From an uncultured delta proteobacterium (GTDB lineage Bacteria > Desulfobacterota > Desulfobacteria > Desulfobacterales > Desulfosalsimonadaceae): a DNA stretch of 64,000 bases. Made by a program: the position numbers and the translations under genes. The notes under the pieces are model-generated. The model saw only the letters and a program-made list of their open reading frames with translations, ran no database searches and had not been told where the DNA came from. Below are positions 19,247 to 29,830 of the stretch, piece after piece (positions within the stretch are counted from its first letter, which is position 1; every line of letters starts with the position of its first letter). The DNA lies in the NCBI GenBank assembly GCA_963826785.1, contig CAWGYD010000001.1, forward strand, positions 576,001-640,000, read 5' to 3'.

Positions 19247-21883
19247 GTGGAGTCAATGGCCAACATATCGCGTCGGCAATCGGCAAAAGTTTGTTTTTCC
19301 GGCTTTGGCGGATGCATCATTTATATTTTCATCTGTTTACTTTACTGCTCAAACGCATTTTGCGCCTCGGCCCAGAACGGTGCGGCCGCTGCGGAAGACA
19401 AAGGGTTGTACAAGGAAATCGCCGCCTCTGTCCAGTCCGCGCTGGATGCGGAAAAGCAGGAACTCGACAAACTCGATCAGAAACTGGCAAAGGCCGTTGA
19501 GTCGTCACAAATCGGCGAGACCCGGATACAGGCGTACAATCTTCAGGCATCCACGCATAACAATTTGTTGCTGCTTCCGAAGGTCAGCGTAAATGATCTG
19601 ACCCAGGCATATAACGAACAGCTGCTGGCCCGGAGCCGGCTCAAGGACCACCAGGAGGAAATCCGGCAGACCCTCGATGAGATCGATGCCCTGAAACAAA
19701 AAACCGCCGCGCAGCTGAAAAATTATGAACAGCAGCTGGCGGAATTGAAACCCCGGGAAATCAGCAGCCCCATACTGGCGGGGGTGAAAAAGCAGCTGAC
19801 GGAATTGACTGGTATTTTGAATGAAAAAAAACGGCTGCTGGAAGAAATTTCCACGCTGTACCAGACCCAGTCCGACCAGATCCGTCAGACCCGGGAGGAA
19901 ATCGGCACCATTTCCGAAAAGACGGTCAAGAAGATCAGCGAGGCCAAAAAAAGCCGCCTGTATGATCATCAGAAGAGTCCGCTGACCGCCATTTTCGATT
20001 TGCAGGAATGGCAGCCGATGATGCAGCTGCCGGCTGATGCATCCGCTCTCTTTTCAGCCGCATACTGGGAAAAATTCGAGATCGACTGGCCGTCTTATTG
20101 TCTGTTCGCCGGCGGATTCATCCTTCTGCTGCTGATGTCGGAAATCCTGATGATAACGGCCGGCCGGCTGATGCGGCGGCCCCTGCGCTGGAGCCGGGAA
20201 ACCGGAAATTTCGGGCAGTTTTTTACCCTGAAACTGATCCAGCGCTCATTGCCATTTGCCGGCGCGTTGTTATTTTTAAGCTTCTATCCGGTCCGACCGG
20301 AGTACCGGATGACCCCGTTTTTCGCAGCGCTGCCTATTGCCGTTCGGCTCCTGGCCATTATGACGGTAGTGGAATGGGGGCTGGTGCTTTTCCGGACCAT
20401 CCGGCGGATGGACGTAGATCCCTTTTTAATCAGGGTTGCAAGGTGCGCCCCGTTTTTTTTCTGGCCGGTGCTGATATACGGCATCGGACACGTTTTGATT
20501 TCACATCTGGTGTGCACGGACTGCGCCGTGATGGTTTCCTGGCGGCTGGTGTTTGAAATCGGCCTGGTGGTGTGGAGCGCGTTGTTCTTGCGGATGTTCC
20601 GCCGCCGTTCCGTCGCCAGCCCGCTGATGAACACCGCCTGGTTTCCATCGATCCGTCTGCCCCTGATCATTTGCGGGTACCTGATTCCCGGTGCGGCCCT
20701 GCTTTTCGAATTGTCCGGGTTCGGCGGGTTTGCGGACTACTGGCTGGTGTCGTTCGGCAAATCCGCGGCAGTGCTGCTATGGGGGGTGCTGCTGTTTTTC
20801 GTGCTGAGGGAAATCAAGGCCGCACTGGCTGTTCCGGAAACCGATCCGGAAGAGGCGGAAGACGATGATGCGGCGGACAGGCCGTACCCGATCCGCCTGA
20901 CCGTTGTCCATCTTGCCCAGATGCTGCTGGGGGCCTCTTTCCTGGTGGGCCTCCCCCTGATGTGGGGAGCGGAGAAAACATACCTGGCCGACCTGTTTTA
21001 CGCGTTGAATTACAAGGTGGCCGTCGGGGGCATCGAATTCAACGTCATGGGGTTTGTATACGCGATGATCGTGCTGCTGTTCATCCGCCCCCTGGCCCTG
21101 ATCGGAAAATACGTCCTGGCAAACCGCATCCTGGCCGATTCCAAAATCGAATGGGGGGTCAAAGATTCCTTCGGCCGGATCATCGGCTATTTTATATGGA
21201 TGATCGGCATCCTGCTGGCCCTCCGGCTGGTGGGGATCGGCGCCACCTCCATGGCGGTGGTGTTCGGGGCCGTGGGGATCGGGCTCGGTTTCGGGCTGCA
21301 AACGATTTTCAACAACTTTGTTTCCGGCATCATCATCCTTTTCGAGCGGCCCATCAAGGTCGGGGATGTCATTGAAATGGACGGCATCTGGGGGACGGTC
21401 AAGGACATCCGGGTCCGGTCGACGGTGGTCCGGACCTACAACAATTCGGACCTGATCGTTCCCAACTCGGAATTTGTCAGCCAGAAACTGACCAACTGGA
21501 GCTTCCGGGATGCCAAGGTCCGGCGCTCCATCACCGTAGGGGTGGCCTATGGATCGGACACAGGTCTGGTCAGAGAAACGCTGTATGCGATTGCCTTCAA
21601 GCAGACGCGGGTTTTCCGGAGGCCCAAACCGGAGGTTCTGTTCATCGATTTTGGCGACAGCGCCCTTATGTTCAAGCTTCGGTTCTGGACGGATATCGAT
21701 CACATGCTTACGGTAGAAACCGACATCCGCTTCGAAATTGAGAGGCAGTTTGCGGAATTAAACATCAAAATTCCCTTTCCCCAGCGCGATATTCACGTGA
21801 TCGGCGGCGGAAAAAACGCCGGGAATGTGGAGGACGAAATTTACGAACCCGATGAACGCCAAGCCGTTTCCGAGACCCCGTGA
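19247..21883 (+). CDS. large MscS/MscK-like mechanosensitive channel
   Basis: Coiled-coil N-terminus, many TMs, GIGLGFGLQTIFNNFVSGIIILFERPIKVGD, IPFPQRDIH; start uncertain. Confidence 0.9.
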   Translation: MESMANISRRQSAKVCFSGFGGCIIYIFICLLYCSNAFCASAQNGAAAAEDKGLYKEIAASVQSALDAEKQELDKLDQKLAKAVESSQIGETRIQAYNLQASTHNNLLLLPKVSVNDLTQAYNEQLLARSRLKDHQEEIRQTLDEIDALKQKTAAQLKNYEQQLAELKPREISSPILAGVKKQLTELTGILNEKKRLLEEISTLYQTQSDQIRQTREEIGTISEKTVKKISEAKKSRLYDHQKSPLTAIFDLQEWQPMMQLPADASALFSAAYWEKFEIDWPSYCLFAGGFILLLLMSEILMITAGRLMRRPLRWSRETGNFGQFFTLKLIQRSLPFAGALLFLSFYPVRPEYRMTPFFAALPIAVRLLAIMTVVEWGLVLFRTIRRMDVDPFLIRVARCAPFFFWPVLIYGIGHVLISHLVCTDCAVMVSWRLVFEIGLVVWSALFLRMFRRRSVASPLMNTAWFPSIRLPLIICGYLIPGAALLFELSGFGGFADYWLVSFGKSAAVLLWGVLLFFVLREIKAALAVPETDPEEAEDDDAADRPYPIRLTVVHLAQMLLGASFLVGLPLMWGAEKTYLADLFYALNYKVAVGGIEFNVMGFVYAMIVLLFIRPLALIGKYVLANRILADSKIEWGVKDSFGRIIGYFIWMIGILLALRLVGIGATSMAVVFGAVGIGLGFGLQTIFNNFVSGIIILFERPIKVGDVIEMDGIWGTVKDIRVRSTVVRTYNNSDLIVPNSEFVSQKLTNWSFRDAKVRRSITVGVAYGSDTGLVRETLYAIAFKQTRVFRRPKPEVLFIDFGDSALMFKLRFWTDIDHMLTVETDIRFEIERQFAELNIKIPFPQRDIHVIGGGKNAGNVEDEIYEPDERQAVSETP

Positions 21884-22066
21884 TCTTTTGACGCAATCAT
21901 CATGAGCGGAAAAAAAACCCCTTTACCGCCATTTCCGGATTTTGCCGGGAAGAACTACGGGAAGAAAAGTTTTGTGCTTGATTCCGGTGGATACGAACCG
22001 ATATAACCATTTACACGCTAAGCATTCGAACTCAATTTATTTATTTTCAGGAGCGTCCCAAAATTT

Positions 22067-23308
22067 ATGGGTGATTTTCTTTTGTTGTCGATACTGATCC
22101 TGTTGTCGGGTTTCTTTTCGTCTTCCGAAACCGCACTTTTTTCCATTAGTTCACTCAAAGCGCGTCACCTCGCCAAGGAGGCGAGCAATGCCAATATCCT
22201 GATCCTGCGGATGAAGGAGAATCCGCACATGCTGCTGACCACCATCCTCATCGGCAATAATGTGGTCAATATCGGCGCTTCCTCGCTGGCCACGGCCATG
22301 ACGCTGCGGATGATGTCGAACAATCCCGAACTCGCCGGAGCGGGAAATTATGCGGTGGCCGTGGCAACGGGGATCATGACCTTTTTGATCCTGGTGTTCG
22401 GTGAAATTTTTCCCAAGACCCTGGCCACCGCCAATAACGTCATGATCGCCAGAATGGTGATCTATCCGATTTTCTGGCTGTCCAAGCTCTTTTATCCCGT
22501 CATCCTGTTTCTGAACTTCATCCCCAAGCTGGCCGGATTCATCAAGGCCGCGCCCCACGCCACCCAGGAAGAACTGATGACGTTCGTGGATGTGGTTCAC
22601 GAGGAGGGCCAGATCAAGCCGGGAGAAAAGGAGCTGATCAACAACATCGTCCTGCTGGACGACATCAGTGTGGCCCAGATCATGTCCCCCAGCGCGGACA
22701 TGTTCGTCATCGACCGGTCCAAGGAGATCCAGCTGGATAGAATCATCAATTCCGGTTTTACCCGGATCCCCGTCATCGAGGGGGACATCGATCATGTGGT
22801 GGGAGTGATCAACATCAAGGACCTGTTCCGCCAGCAGGTGTCGCCCACTGAAAAATTCAACCTGGATGAAATCATGCGGGAACCGTATTTCGTCCCGGAG
22901 AACAAGAAGCTCGATCAGCTGCTCAACCAGTTCAGGAAACGCAAGGACCATGCCGCCATCGTGGTGGACGAATACGGTGAAGTGTCGGGCATCGTGACCT
23001 TAGAAGACGTGCTGGAAGCCATCGTTGGCGAGATCGTGGACGAAACCGACATCATCAAGCCGCCGGTGGTCAAAATCCGCAACCGGGAATGGCTGGTGCT
23101 CGGGGCGGCGGATGTCGAAACCATCAATGCCAAGCTGCACATGGAAATCCCCGAATCCTCCCATTACGAAACTTTTTCCGGATACATCCTGGAGCAGATC
23201 GGCAGGATCCCCAAGGAAAAAGAGGAGATCGTCATCGACAAGTATCTGATCACCGTCAATGAAATGGAAGGCAACCGGATCAAGTCGTTTATCATCAAAT
23301 ACAAGTAG
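22067..23308 (+). CDS. CNNM/hemolysin-family protein (DUF21, CBS pair, CorC)
   Basis: SGFFSSSETALFS, LVFGEIFPK, GFTRIPV, VVDEYGEVSGIVTLEDVLEAIVGEI. Confidence 0.92.
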   Translation: MGDFLLLSILILLSGFFSSSETALFSISSLKARHLAKEASNANILILRMKENPHMLLTTILIGNNVVNIGASSLATAMTLRMMSNNPELAGAGNYAVAVATGIMTFLILVFGEIFPKTLATANNVMIARMVIYPIFWLSKLFYPVILFLNFIPKLAGFIKAAPHATQEELMTFVDVVHEEGQIKPGEKELINNIVLLDDISVAQIMSPSADMFVIDRSKEIQLDRIINSGFTRIPVIEGDIDHVVGVINIKDLFRQQVSPTEKFNLDEIMREPYFVPENKKLDQLLNQFRKRKDHAAIVVDEYGEVSGIVTLEDVLEAIVGEIVDETDIIKPPVVKIRNREWLVLGAADVETINAKLHMEIPESSHYETFSGYILEQIGRIPKEKEEIVIDKYLITVNEMEGNRIKSFIIKYK

Positions 23309-23498
23309 AGCCTCGATACAAAGCGCATTTTTTTGGCCCGCACGGCGTTCCTCCGCCAACCCTCTTCGCATCCGGCAAAAATCATTTCGGTTTCATGATT
23401 CTTTGATTTCTGATATTATATTTTATTTTAGCTCCTTGACCGAACAGGTCGGGCCGGATTCACCAACAGGTCCTGACGGACCTTAGAACAGGCGGGTT

Positions 23499-25487
23499 AT
23501 GGAACCAGGCACCATCGTCGAATACATCGATCAGCAGAAAATCCAGTGCGGCATCGTTTTGGACAGGGATGATGACCGGGTCCGGCTGCTTACTGCGCAA
23601 CATGAGGAAATTTATCAGAAGATCAGGCGATTGTATCATGTTTCGACCCTTTCGCTGAAATTGAACCAGGGCCGGTCCAGGCTGGTGGAAAAAATCAAGG
23701 AGATTTCCGCCCTGCGCCAGTCGCTTGCCGAGACCATCGATATCCTGGAATTATGGGAAGTCTTGAATCCCCTGGGCGAATGGGTGGATGTCCATACCAT
23801 GACCGGCCTGTGTTTTCCCAACCACGCCTCGCCGGATCATGAAGCCGCGGTGATCCGGGCCGTATTCGAAAACCGCATCTATTTCAAATTCAATTTTGAC
23901 GCTTTTCTTCCCCATTCCGAACACCAGGTGAAGATCAATATCGCCAGGGAGCAGGAGCGGCAGCGTCAGCAGAAGCTGGTGGAAACCGGCGGAGACTGGC
24001 TGTCTCGCATTTTAAATGATCCGAAGGTGCCCGACATCGAGGATCGGGAGGAAATCGTCCGGATTTTAAAGTCCTACTACCTGCACGGGAAAGACAGCCC
24101 GGACAGTTCCATCGGACGGGCCATCGTGTCCAGGGCGGGTCTGGAGAGCCCGGACAAGGTGTTTTCCGCCATGGTGAAGGCGGGGGAATGGCACGTCCAT
24201 CAGAACCTGGAACTGGAGCGCTTCTTCATCCCCATCGAATTTTCCGCGAATGCAGTGGAAAAAGCCGATCGTCTGGCCGAATCCCCTGCGGTCCACGGGT
24301 ATGACGAACGGCGGCGGAACCTGACCGCACTGCCCATGATCACCATCGACAGCCAGGGAACGCTCGATTACGACGATGCCCTCAGCATCGAAAATGAGGG
24401 CGGTGTATATCGGGTGGGGGTCCACATTGCCGATGTGGGCGAGTTTGTGTCCAGAAATGACCCCATCGACCAGGAGGGAATGCGCCGGGGCACCTCCATT
24501 TACATGCCGGACATGCGGATTTCCATGCTGCCGCCCCAATTGGCGGAACATGCCAGCAGTCTGCGCCAGGGTGAAATCCGCCCGGCGATCAGCGTTTTTT
24601 TCAAGATCAGCCGCAGCGCGGATGTGTTCGATTTCGAAGTCGTGCCCTCGGTCATCCGGGTCAGCCGCCAGATGAGCTATCATGAAGTCGACAACATGGT
24701 GGAATCGGATGAGTCCCTGTCGCTGTTTTACGAGATCGCCAAAAACTTCCGCCAGAAGCGGATCGACGACGGGGCGGTGATGATTACGCTCCCGGAAGTC
24801 AGCATCCGGGTATTCGAGAGCGGAGATATCAGCGTGCGGCGGATGGATCGGGAAAGCCCGGGACGATTTCTGGTTTCGGAAATGATGATCATGGCCAACT
24901 GGCTGATGGCCCGATTCCTTTCCAGCCACAACATGCCGGCCGTGTTCCGGGCCCAGCCCGATCCCAAGGCCCGGCTGCACAACCAGAAAGGCGAGGGGAC
25001 CCTGTTTGCCAACTGGATGCAGCGCCGCCTGCTCAACCGGGTGATCCTGGCCCCTTTTCCCCAGTCCCATTCCGGCCTGGGCCTGGACCGGTATCTCACC
25101 GCCACTTCGCCCATCCGGAAATATTACGACCTGGTGACCCAGCGGCAGATCCGGGCCTGTTTCGACATGGAAACCCCCTATACGGCCGATGAGATCCGGA
25201 ATATCCTGCAGGTGCTGGCCCAGCCGCTCTCCCATGCGGCCTACGTGCAGATGCAGCGCCACCGGTACTGGATGCTCCGGTTCCTGGAAACGAAGATCGG
25301 CAGCAAGGAAGAGGCCATCGTGCTGGAACGGCGCCGGGACAAGTACCTGATCCTGATGACCTCCTACCTCCTGGAATGCAAACTGCCCATTTCCGGATCC
25401 TTCAGCTTGAAACCCCAGGACCTGGTCCAGATTACCATCCAGCACGTAGACGCCCGCCGGGACCTGCTCACCATCATCCTGGGGTAG
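23499..25487 (+). CDS. RNB-domain exoribonuclease (RNase II family)
   Basis: TIDSQGTLDYDDALS, VHIADV, RGTSIY, ATSPIRKYYDL. Confidence 0.9.
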   Translation: MEPGTIVEYIDQQKIQCGIVLDRDDDRVRLLTAQHEEIYQKIRRLYHVSTLSLKLNQGRSRLVEKIKEISALRQSLAETIDILELWEVLNPLGEWVDVHTMTGLCFPNHASPDHEAAVIRAVFENRIYFKFNFDAFLPHSEHQVKINIAREQERQRQQKLVETGGDWLSRILNDPKVPDIEDREEIVRILKSYYLHGKDSPDSSIGRAIVSRAGLESPDKVFSAMVKAGEWHVHQNLELERFFIPIEFSANAVEKADRLAESPAVHGYDERRRNLTALPMITIDSQGTLDYDDALSIENEGGVYRVGVHIADVGEFVSRNDPIDQEGMRRGTSIYMPDMRISMLPPQLAEHASSLRQGEIRPAISVFFKISRSADVFDFEVVPSVIRVSRQMSYHEVDNMVESDESLSLFYEIAKNFRQKRIDDGAVMITLPEVSIRVFESGDISVRRMDRESPGRFLVSEMMIMANWLMARFLSSHNMPAVFRAQPDPKARLHNQKGEGTLFANWMQRRLLNRVILAPFPQSHSGLGLDRYLTATSPIRKYYDLVTQRQIRACFDMETPYTADEIRNILQVLAQPLSHAAYVQMQRHRYWMLRFLETKIGSKEEAIVLERRRDKYLILMTSYLLECKLPISGSFSLKPQDLVQITIQHVDARRDLLTIILG

Positions 25488-25610
25488 CCGCGTTTGCATC
25501 CCCTCTGAATATTCCCTATTTTTAATCAACGTCAGTTTTCGTGCACGTAAACGTAAACGCCAATAATAACCGACAATGCGGGCGCTTTCATGCGTCTGCC
25601 GGAAAAAGCC

Positions 25611-27020
25611 ATGCACAAGACCAAAATCGTCTGCACCATCGGCCCGGCCTGTGCCAGCGAATCTGTGCTGATGGAGATGATCGAAAGCGGGATGAATGTC
25701 GCCCGCCTCAATTTTTCCCATGGGGACCACCCGATGCATGCGGAAATGATCCGAATGATCCGGAGTGCCTCGGAGAAGACCGGCACGCCGGTGGCCATTC
25801 TCCAGGACCTGCAGGGGCCCAAAATCCGGGTGGGGGAGATTGCCGGGTCCGGGCTGCACCTGGCTGCGGGCGATACGCTGATCCTGTCCACCCTTTCTTT
25901 TACCGGGGCGGACAACCGCGTGTCCGTGTCCTACCCGCAGCTGCCCGGGGACGTGTCTGCCGGCGACCGCATTCTGCTGGCCGACGGGTTGATGGAAATT
26001 GAGGTGTTGAGCACCACGAGAGACGAAATCCGCTGCAAGGTCATCACCGGCGGGCAGCTGACGTCCCACAAGGGGATCAACCTCCCCTCGGGCACCATCC
26101 GGACGCCGTCGTTTACGGAAAAAGACCGGACGGACCTGATGTTCGGGCTGGATCAGGGGGTGGATTATGTGGCCATGTCGTTTGTCCGGGAAGCGGATGC
26201 CGTGCGCCAGGTAAAGGATGTCATTGCCGAAGCGGGCAAAAAAACCCCGGTAATCGCCAAGATTGAAAAGCATGAGGCACTGAAGCATATCGATGCCATC
26301 ATCGAGGCATCCGACGGAATCATGGTGGCGAGGGGGGACCTGGGCGTTGAAATCGAACTGGAGCGGGTTCCCGGCATCCAGAAAATGCTGGTGAAGAAAA
26401 CCAACCAGGCCGGAAAACCGGTGATCATCGCCACCCAGATGCTCCGGTCCATGGTGGATGCCCCCAGGCCCACGAGGGCCGAGGCCACGGACGTGGCCAA
26501 CGCGGTTTTAGACGGCACCGATGCCCTGATGCTGTCGGAAGAGACCGCCACCGGCAATTATCCGGTCAAGGCCGTGGAATACATGGCGCGGATCGCCGAG
26601 ATCACCGAAGAAAAATACCCCTATGAAAAATCGTTCCAGCAGATTCTGCAGACCCGGATATCCGAATCCGTGGCCCATGCCACCTGCATCCTGGCCGATC
26701 ATTTGAATGCCGTGGCCATCGTCGCCACCACCAAGAGCGGGTTTACCGCCCACCAGGTGGCCCGTTTCCGGCCCAGGGGCTGGATTATCGCGCTCTCCCC
26801 GGACATCAAGACCGTGAGGCGGCTCACCTTGTATTGGGGCTGCATCCCGGGGCATGCCACCTACACCGAAGACACCGACGAGATGTTCGATACGGCCTCA
26901 CGGTTTGCCATCGAATCCGGATACGCGAAAAACGGCGACCTGGTGGTGATCACCGCCGGCCACCCCCTGTGGCAATCCGGCACCACCAACATGATCAGCG
27001 TCCGCCGGCTGGGAAGCTGA
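25611..27020 (+). CDS. pyk: pyruvate kinase
   Basis: KTKIVCTIGPA, ARLNFSHG, DLQGPKIR, IMVARGDLGVE, ATQMLRSM. Confidence 0.97.
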   Translation: MHKTKIVCTIGPACASESVLMEMIESGMNVARLNFSHGDHPMHAEMIRMIRSASEKTGTPVAILQDLQGPKIRVGEIAGSGLHLAAGDTLILSTLSFTGADNRVSVSYPQLPGDVSAGDRILLADGLMEIEVLSTTRDEIRCKVITGGQLTSHKGINLPSGTIRTPSFTEKDRTDLMFGLDQGVDYVAMSFVREADAVRQVKDVIAEAGKKTPVIAKIEKHEALKHIDAIIEASDGIMVARGDLGVEIELERVPGIQKMLVKKTNQAGKPVIIATQMLRSMVDAPRPTRAEATDVANAVLDGTDALMLSEETATGNYPVKAVEYMARIAEITEEKYPYEKSFQQILQTRISESVAHATCILADHLNAVAIVATTKSGFTAHQVARFRPRGWIIALSPDIKTVRRLTLYWGCIPGHATYTEDTDEMFDTASRFAIESGYAKNGDLVVITAGHPLWQSGTTNMISVRRLGS

Positions 27021-27082
27021 GAAAGAGGGCCGTAATTTATGAGCCTTCTTGGAATTGCACCGGGAAAATGGGAAAATGAGTA

Positions 27083-27205
27083 ATGGCTAAGTTAAAAGGC
27101 CCATATACAAGGCGCGGGGATTTTTCATTTGCGAAGGCATACGATGGTATGTTGAGCCAATGAAAAATCCCGCAACGCCGTAGATGGGTATTTTAACGAC
27201 GCCAT
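27083..27205. repeat. palindromic intergenic element between convergent pyk and purH
   Basis: atggc..gttaaaa / ttttaac..gccat ends; inner gggatttttcatt / aatgaaaaatccc IR; central catac/gtatg hairpin. Confidence 0.75.
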
Positions 27206-28461
27206 CAGTGTTTGAAGGATCGCTGGCCCGTGAGCACCATGGTCGCGCCGGCTTCGTTGCAGGCCTCGATGGACTGGTAATCGTTCAAGGAGCCCCCGGG
27301 GTGGACCACGGCGGAAATGCCTTCGGCCAGTCCCACATCCACGCCGTCCCGGAAGGGGAAAAATGCGTCGCTGACCATGGTGGCGCCGATCAGCCCCCCT
27401 TTTTCCCGCGGCCACCCGGGCGTCGATTTCCGCTTTTAGGTCCTTTTCCTTCAGGTCCGCATAGGAGACCCGGTGGGCCTCGAAGCAGTAGCGGTCGGCC
27501 AGTTTCCGGTAGGCCTTGTCCCGGGCGATTTCCGCCACGCCCACCCGGTCCTGCTCGCCCGTCCCGATTCCCACGGTGACACCGTCTTTCACATAGAGGA
27601 CCGAATTTGAGGTGACCCCGGATTCCAGGAGCCAGCCGAAAACGATGTCCTTGTATTCGGCTTCCGTGGGCGGCCGGTTGATGACGTAGTTTTTGCCGTT
27701 GTATTCACACGCGGCCAGGGTGAAATCCGAGATCTTCCTGGGCGAGCGGGCACGAATGACCACTGGGCGACGATGCCGCCGTCGATCAGGTTTTTAAATT
27801 CCACCACCTGTTTACCCACGAAGGACTGGAGCTTTTCGATGTTGCCGATCTTGATGACCCGGAGGTTTTTGCGCTTTGCCAAAATATCGATGACCCCTTC
27901 TTCGAATTCCGGGCGCCACGATGACTTCGGCGTACTGGGCGGCCACCGCTTCGGCGGTGGCCCTGTCCAGCGAGCGGTTGACGGCGATGCATCCGCCGAA
28001 AGCGGCGATCCGGTCGGCCATGTAGGCCTTGTGGTATGCGTCTGCCAGCGTTTCCGCAAACGGCCGCCCCGCAGGGATTGTTATGCTTGACGATCACCAC
28101 TGCCGGCTGATCGGAAAAATAGCGCAGGATGTTCAAGGCATTGTCCGCGTCGGTGAGGTTGGTTTTGCCGGGATGTTTGCCCGACTGCAGCAGTTCGATA
28201 TCCGACACCAGGTAATTCCCCGGCAGGATCATGGACGTTTCCCCCAAGCACCAGATTCCCGTTGACCAGACGGTAGAGGGCGGCTTCCTGCCCCGGGTTC
28301 TCGCCGTACCGAAGCCCCTTCTTCACATTGTCGATGATCCAGTCGACCTTGTCGTAGAGCAGGGTCTGGCGCTTTTCTCCGTCGATGAAGCTGATCTCCA
28401 TTTTCGGCGGGAAGTGATCGTCCATGATGGTTTTATACATCTCTTTCAGGTCAGCAGCCAT
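27205..28461 (-). CDS. purH: AICAR transformylase domain of PurH (several frameshifts)
   Basis: [77 protein letters not shown] spread across frames. Confidence 0.88.
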
Positions 28462-28507
28462 GATTCATTTCCTTATAAATATTGATGAAATCGTAAAGTG
28501 CTATCTA

Positions 28508-29191
28508 TTATCGCACATCCGGATACGCAGCGCGAATGTCTGCCATCGACTGCCCGTCCAGATATCCGGCGATGGCCTTGTCATAGGCTGCGGTGTGGGA
28601 AAAGGCCTTTTTGGCCAGACCGGAGCGCATCTCCAGGGTGGTGCACCCGTTGTTGGCCTTGAGACCGCTGATAATGCCCTCGTAATCGGACGGGTCCACC
28701 ACCGGGGCCGTCCGGATGAAATTCTTGGCCGATGCCCGGATCATGCAGGGCCCGCCGATGTCGATGTTGCCCCGGGCTTCTTCCACGCTCACCCCGGGCC
28801 GGGCCACGGTCTGCTCGAAGGGATATAGATTCACCACCACCATGTCGATGGGTTTGGCGCCGGTGCGTTCGAGGTCCGCCTGGTGGGCCGGATTGTAGGT
28901 TTCGGTGAGCAGGCCCAGGTAGATCTTGAAATCAAGGGTCTTGACCAGCCCCCCCTGGGTTTCGGGCTGTCCGGTGTAGTCGGATACCTGGGTCAGCAGG
29001 GCTTTGGCCTGGTCGCCCAGGATCTGGACCAGCCTGGCATGGGTCCCGCCGGTGGAAAGGATCCGGATATCCGGGTTGATCTGCGCCAGTGCGGGGATGA
29101 ACGTCTCCAGCCCCGCTTTATCCGAAACACTGACCAGAATCGTGTTTACCTTTACCCGGTCGTCGATGGTCTCAACAGTATTCATTCCCAT
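28508..29191 (-). CDS. stand-alone IMP cyclohydrolase (MGS-like N-terminal domain of PurH)
   Basis: LVSVSDKAGL, STGGT, GLVKTL, IDMVVVNLYPF, NIDIGGPCMIRASAKNF. Confidence 0.9.
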   Translation of the reverse strand: MGMNTVETIDDRVKVNTILVSVSDKAGLETFIPALAQINPDIRILSTGGTHARLVQILGDQAKALLTQVSDYTGQPETQGGLVKTLDFKIYLGLLTETYNPAHQADLERTGAKPIDMVVVNLYPFEQTVARPGVSVEEARGNIDIGGPCMIRASAKNFIRTAPVVDPSDYEGIISGLKANNGCTTLEMRSGLAKKAFSHTAAYDKAIAGYLDGQSMADIRAAYPDVR

Positions 29192-29301
29192 AATGATCTT
29201 GGCCGTCCGCCGTCATTATCGGCCTGGGCGCTCCTCCTTTCATCTGATAGATGCAGTCCAATGAATTCGTTTTGAAATTTTGAAAAGATGTTCCCTAAAC
29301 G

Positions 29302-29772
29302 TTATCCGGCGAAATAGTCCGGATGCTCCCGGCGGATCGACTGGATCATCTGATCGAGCTGCTGGAGAAAACGGGACCGGTCCTGTTTTTTCAGCGGCGG
29401 CGGCCCGCCCGTGATCTCCCCTGCGCCCCGAAGGTCGGAGAGCAGGTCCCGGATGGCGACGACCTCGCCGATGTTGTCTTCCGTAAATGCCCTGCCGGTC
29501 GGACCCAGCACACGTGCCCCTTTTTCGATGCAGCGGCGCGCCAGGGGAATGTCCGCAGTGATCACGATGTCTTCCAATTCCGCGTGCTGGACAATCCAGT
29601 CGTCGGCCGCATCGAACCCGTTTTTGACCACTTCGAGGGCAATCCGCGGTTCATCCGGGATCCGCATCCTGCAATTCGCCACCAGTGTGACGTGGAGGCG
29701 GTATCGGCCTGCGACGCGGTACACCTCGGGTTTGACCGGGCACGCATCCGCATCTACAAATATGTGCAGCAA
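29302..29772 (-). CDS. YaiI/YqxD family protein (DUF188)
   Basis: IFVDADACPVK, DAADDWIV, VITADIPLA. Confidence 0.92.
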   Translation of the reverse strand: MLHIFVDADACPVKPEVYRVAGRYRLHVTLVANCRMRIPDEPRIALEVVKNGFDAADDWIVQHAELEDIVITADIPLARRCIEKGARVLGPTGRAFTEDNIGEVVAIRDLLSDLRGAGEITGGPPPLKKQDRSRFLQQLDQMIQSIRREHPDYFAG

Positions 29773-29830
29773 ACCAAAGCCCCCATCACCTGGAAATCGA
29801 TCCTGTATTTGCGGATAAGATATTGTGGCA

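Noticed and set aside
25541..25560. Short tandem acgtaa repeats
   Set aside because: Only two to three units; too short to support any call, and not CRISPR-like
24066..26288. 740-aa minus-strand ORF, and similar long antisense ORFs at 14209, 31949, 41117, 46120, 57702 and 61849
   Set aside because: Shadows of well-supported genes, expected from GC-rich codon bias
29195..29300. Possible ZTP riboswitch upstream of the purH genes (gcctgggc)
   Set aside because: The motif is on the wrong strand and the 5' half of the aptamer is absent
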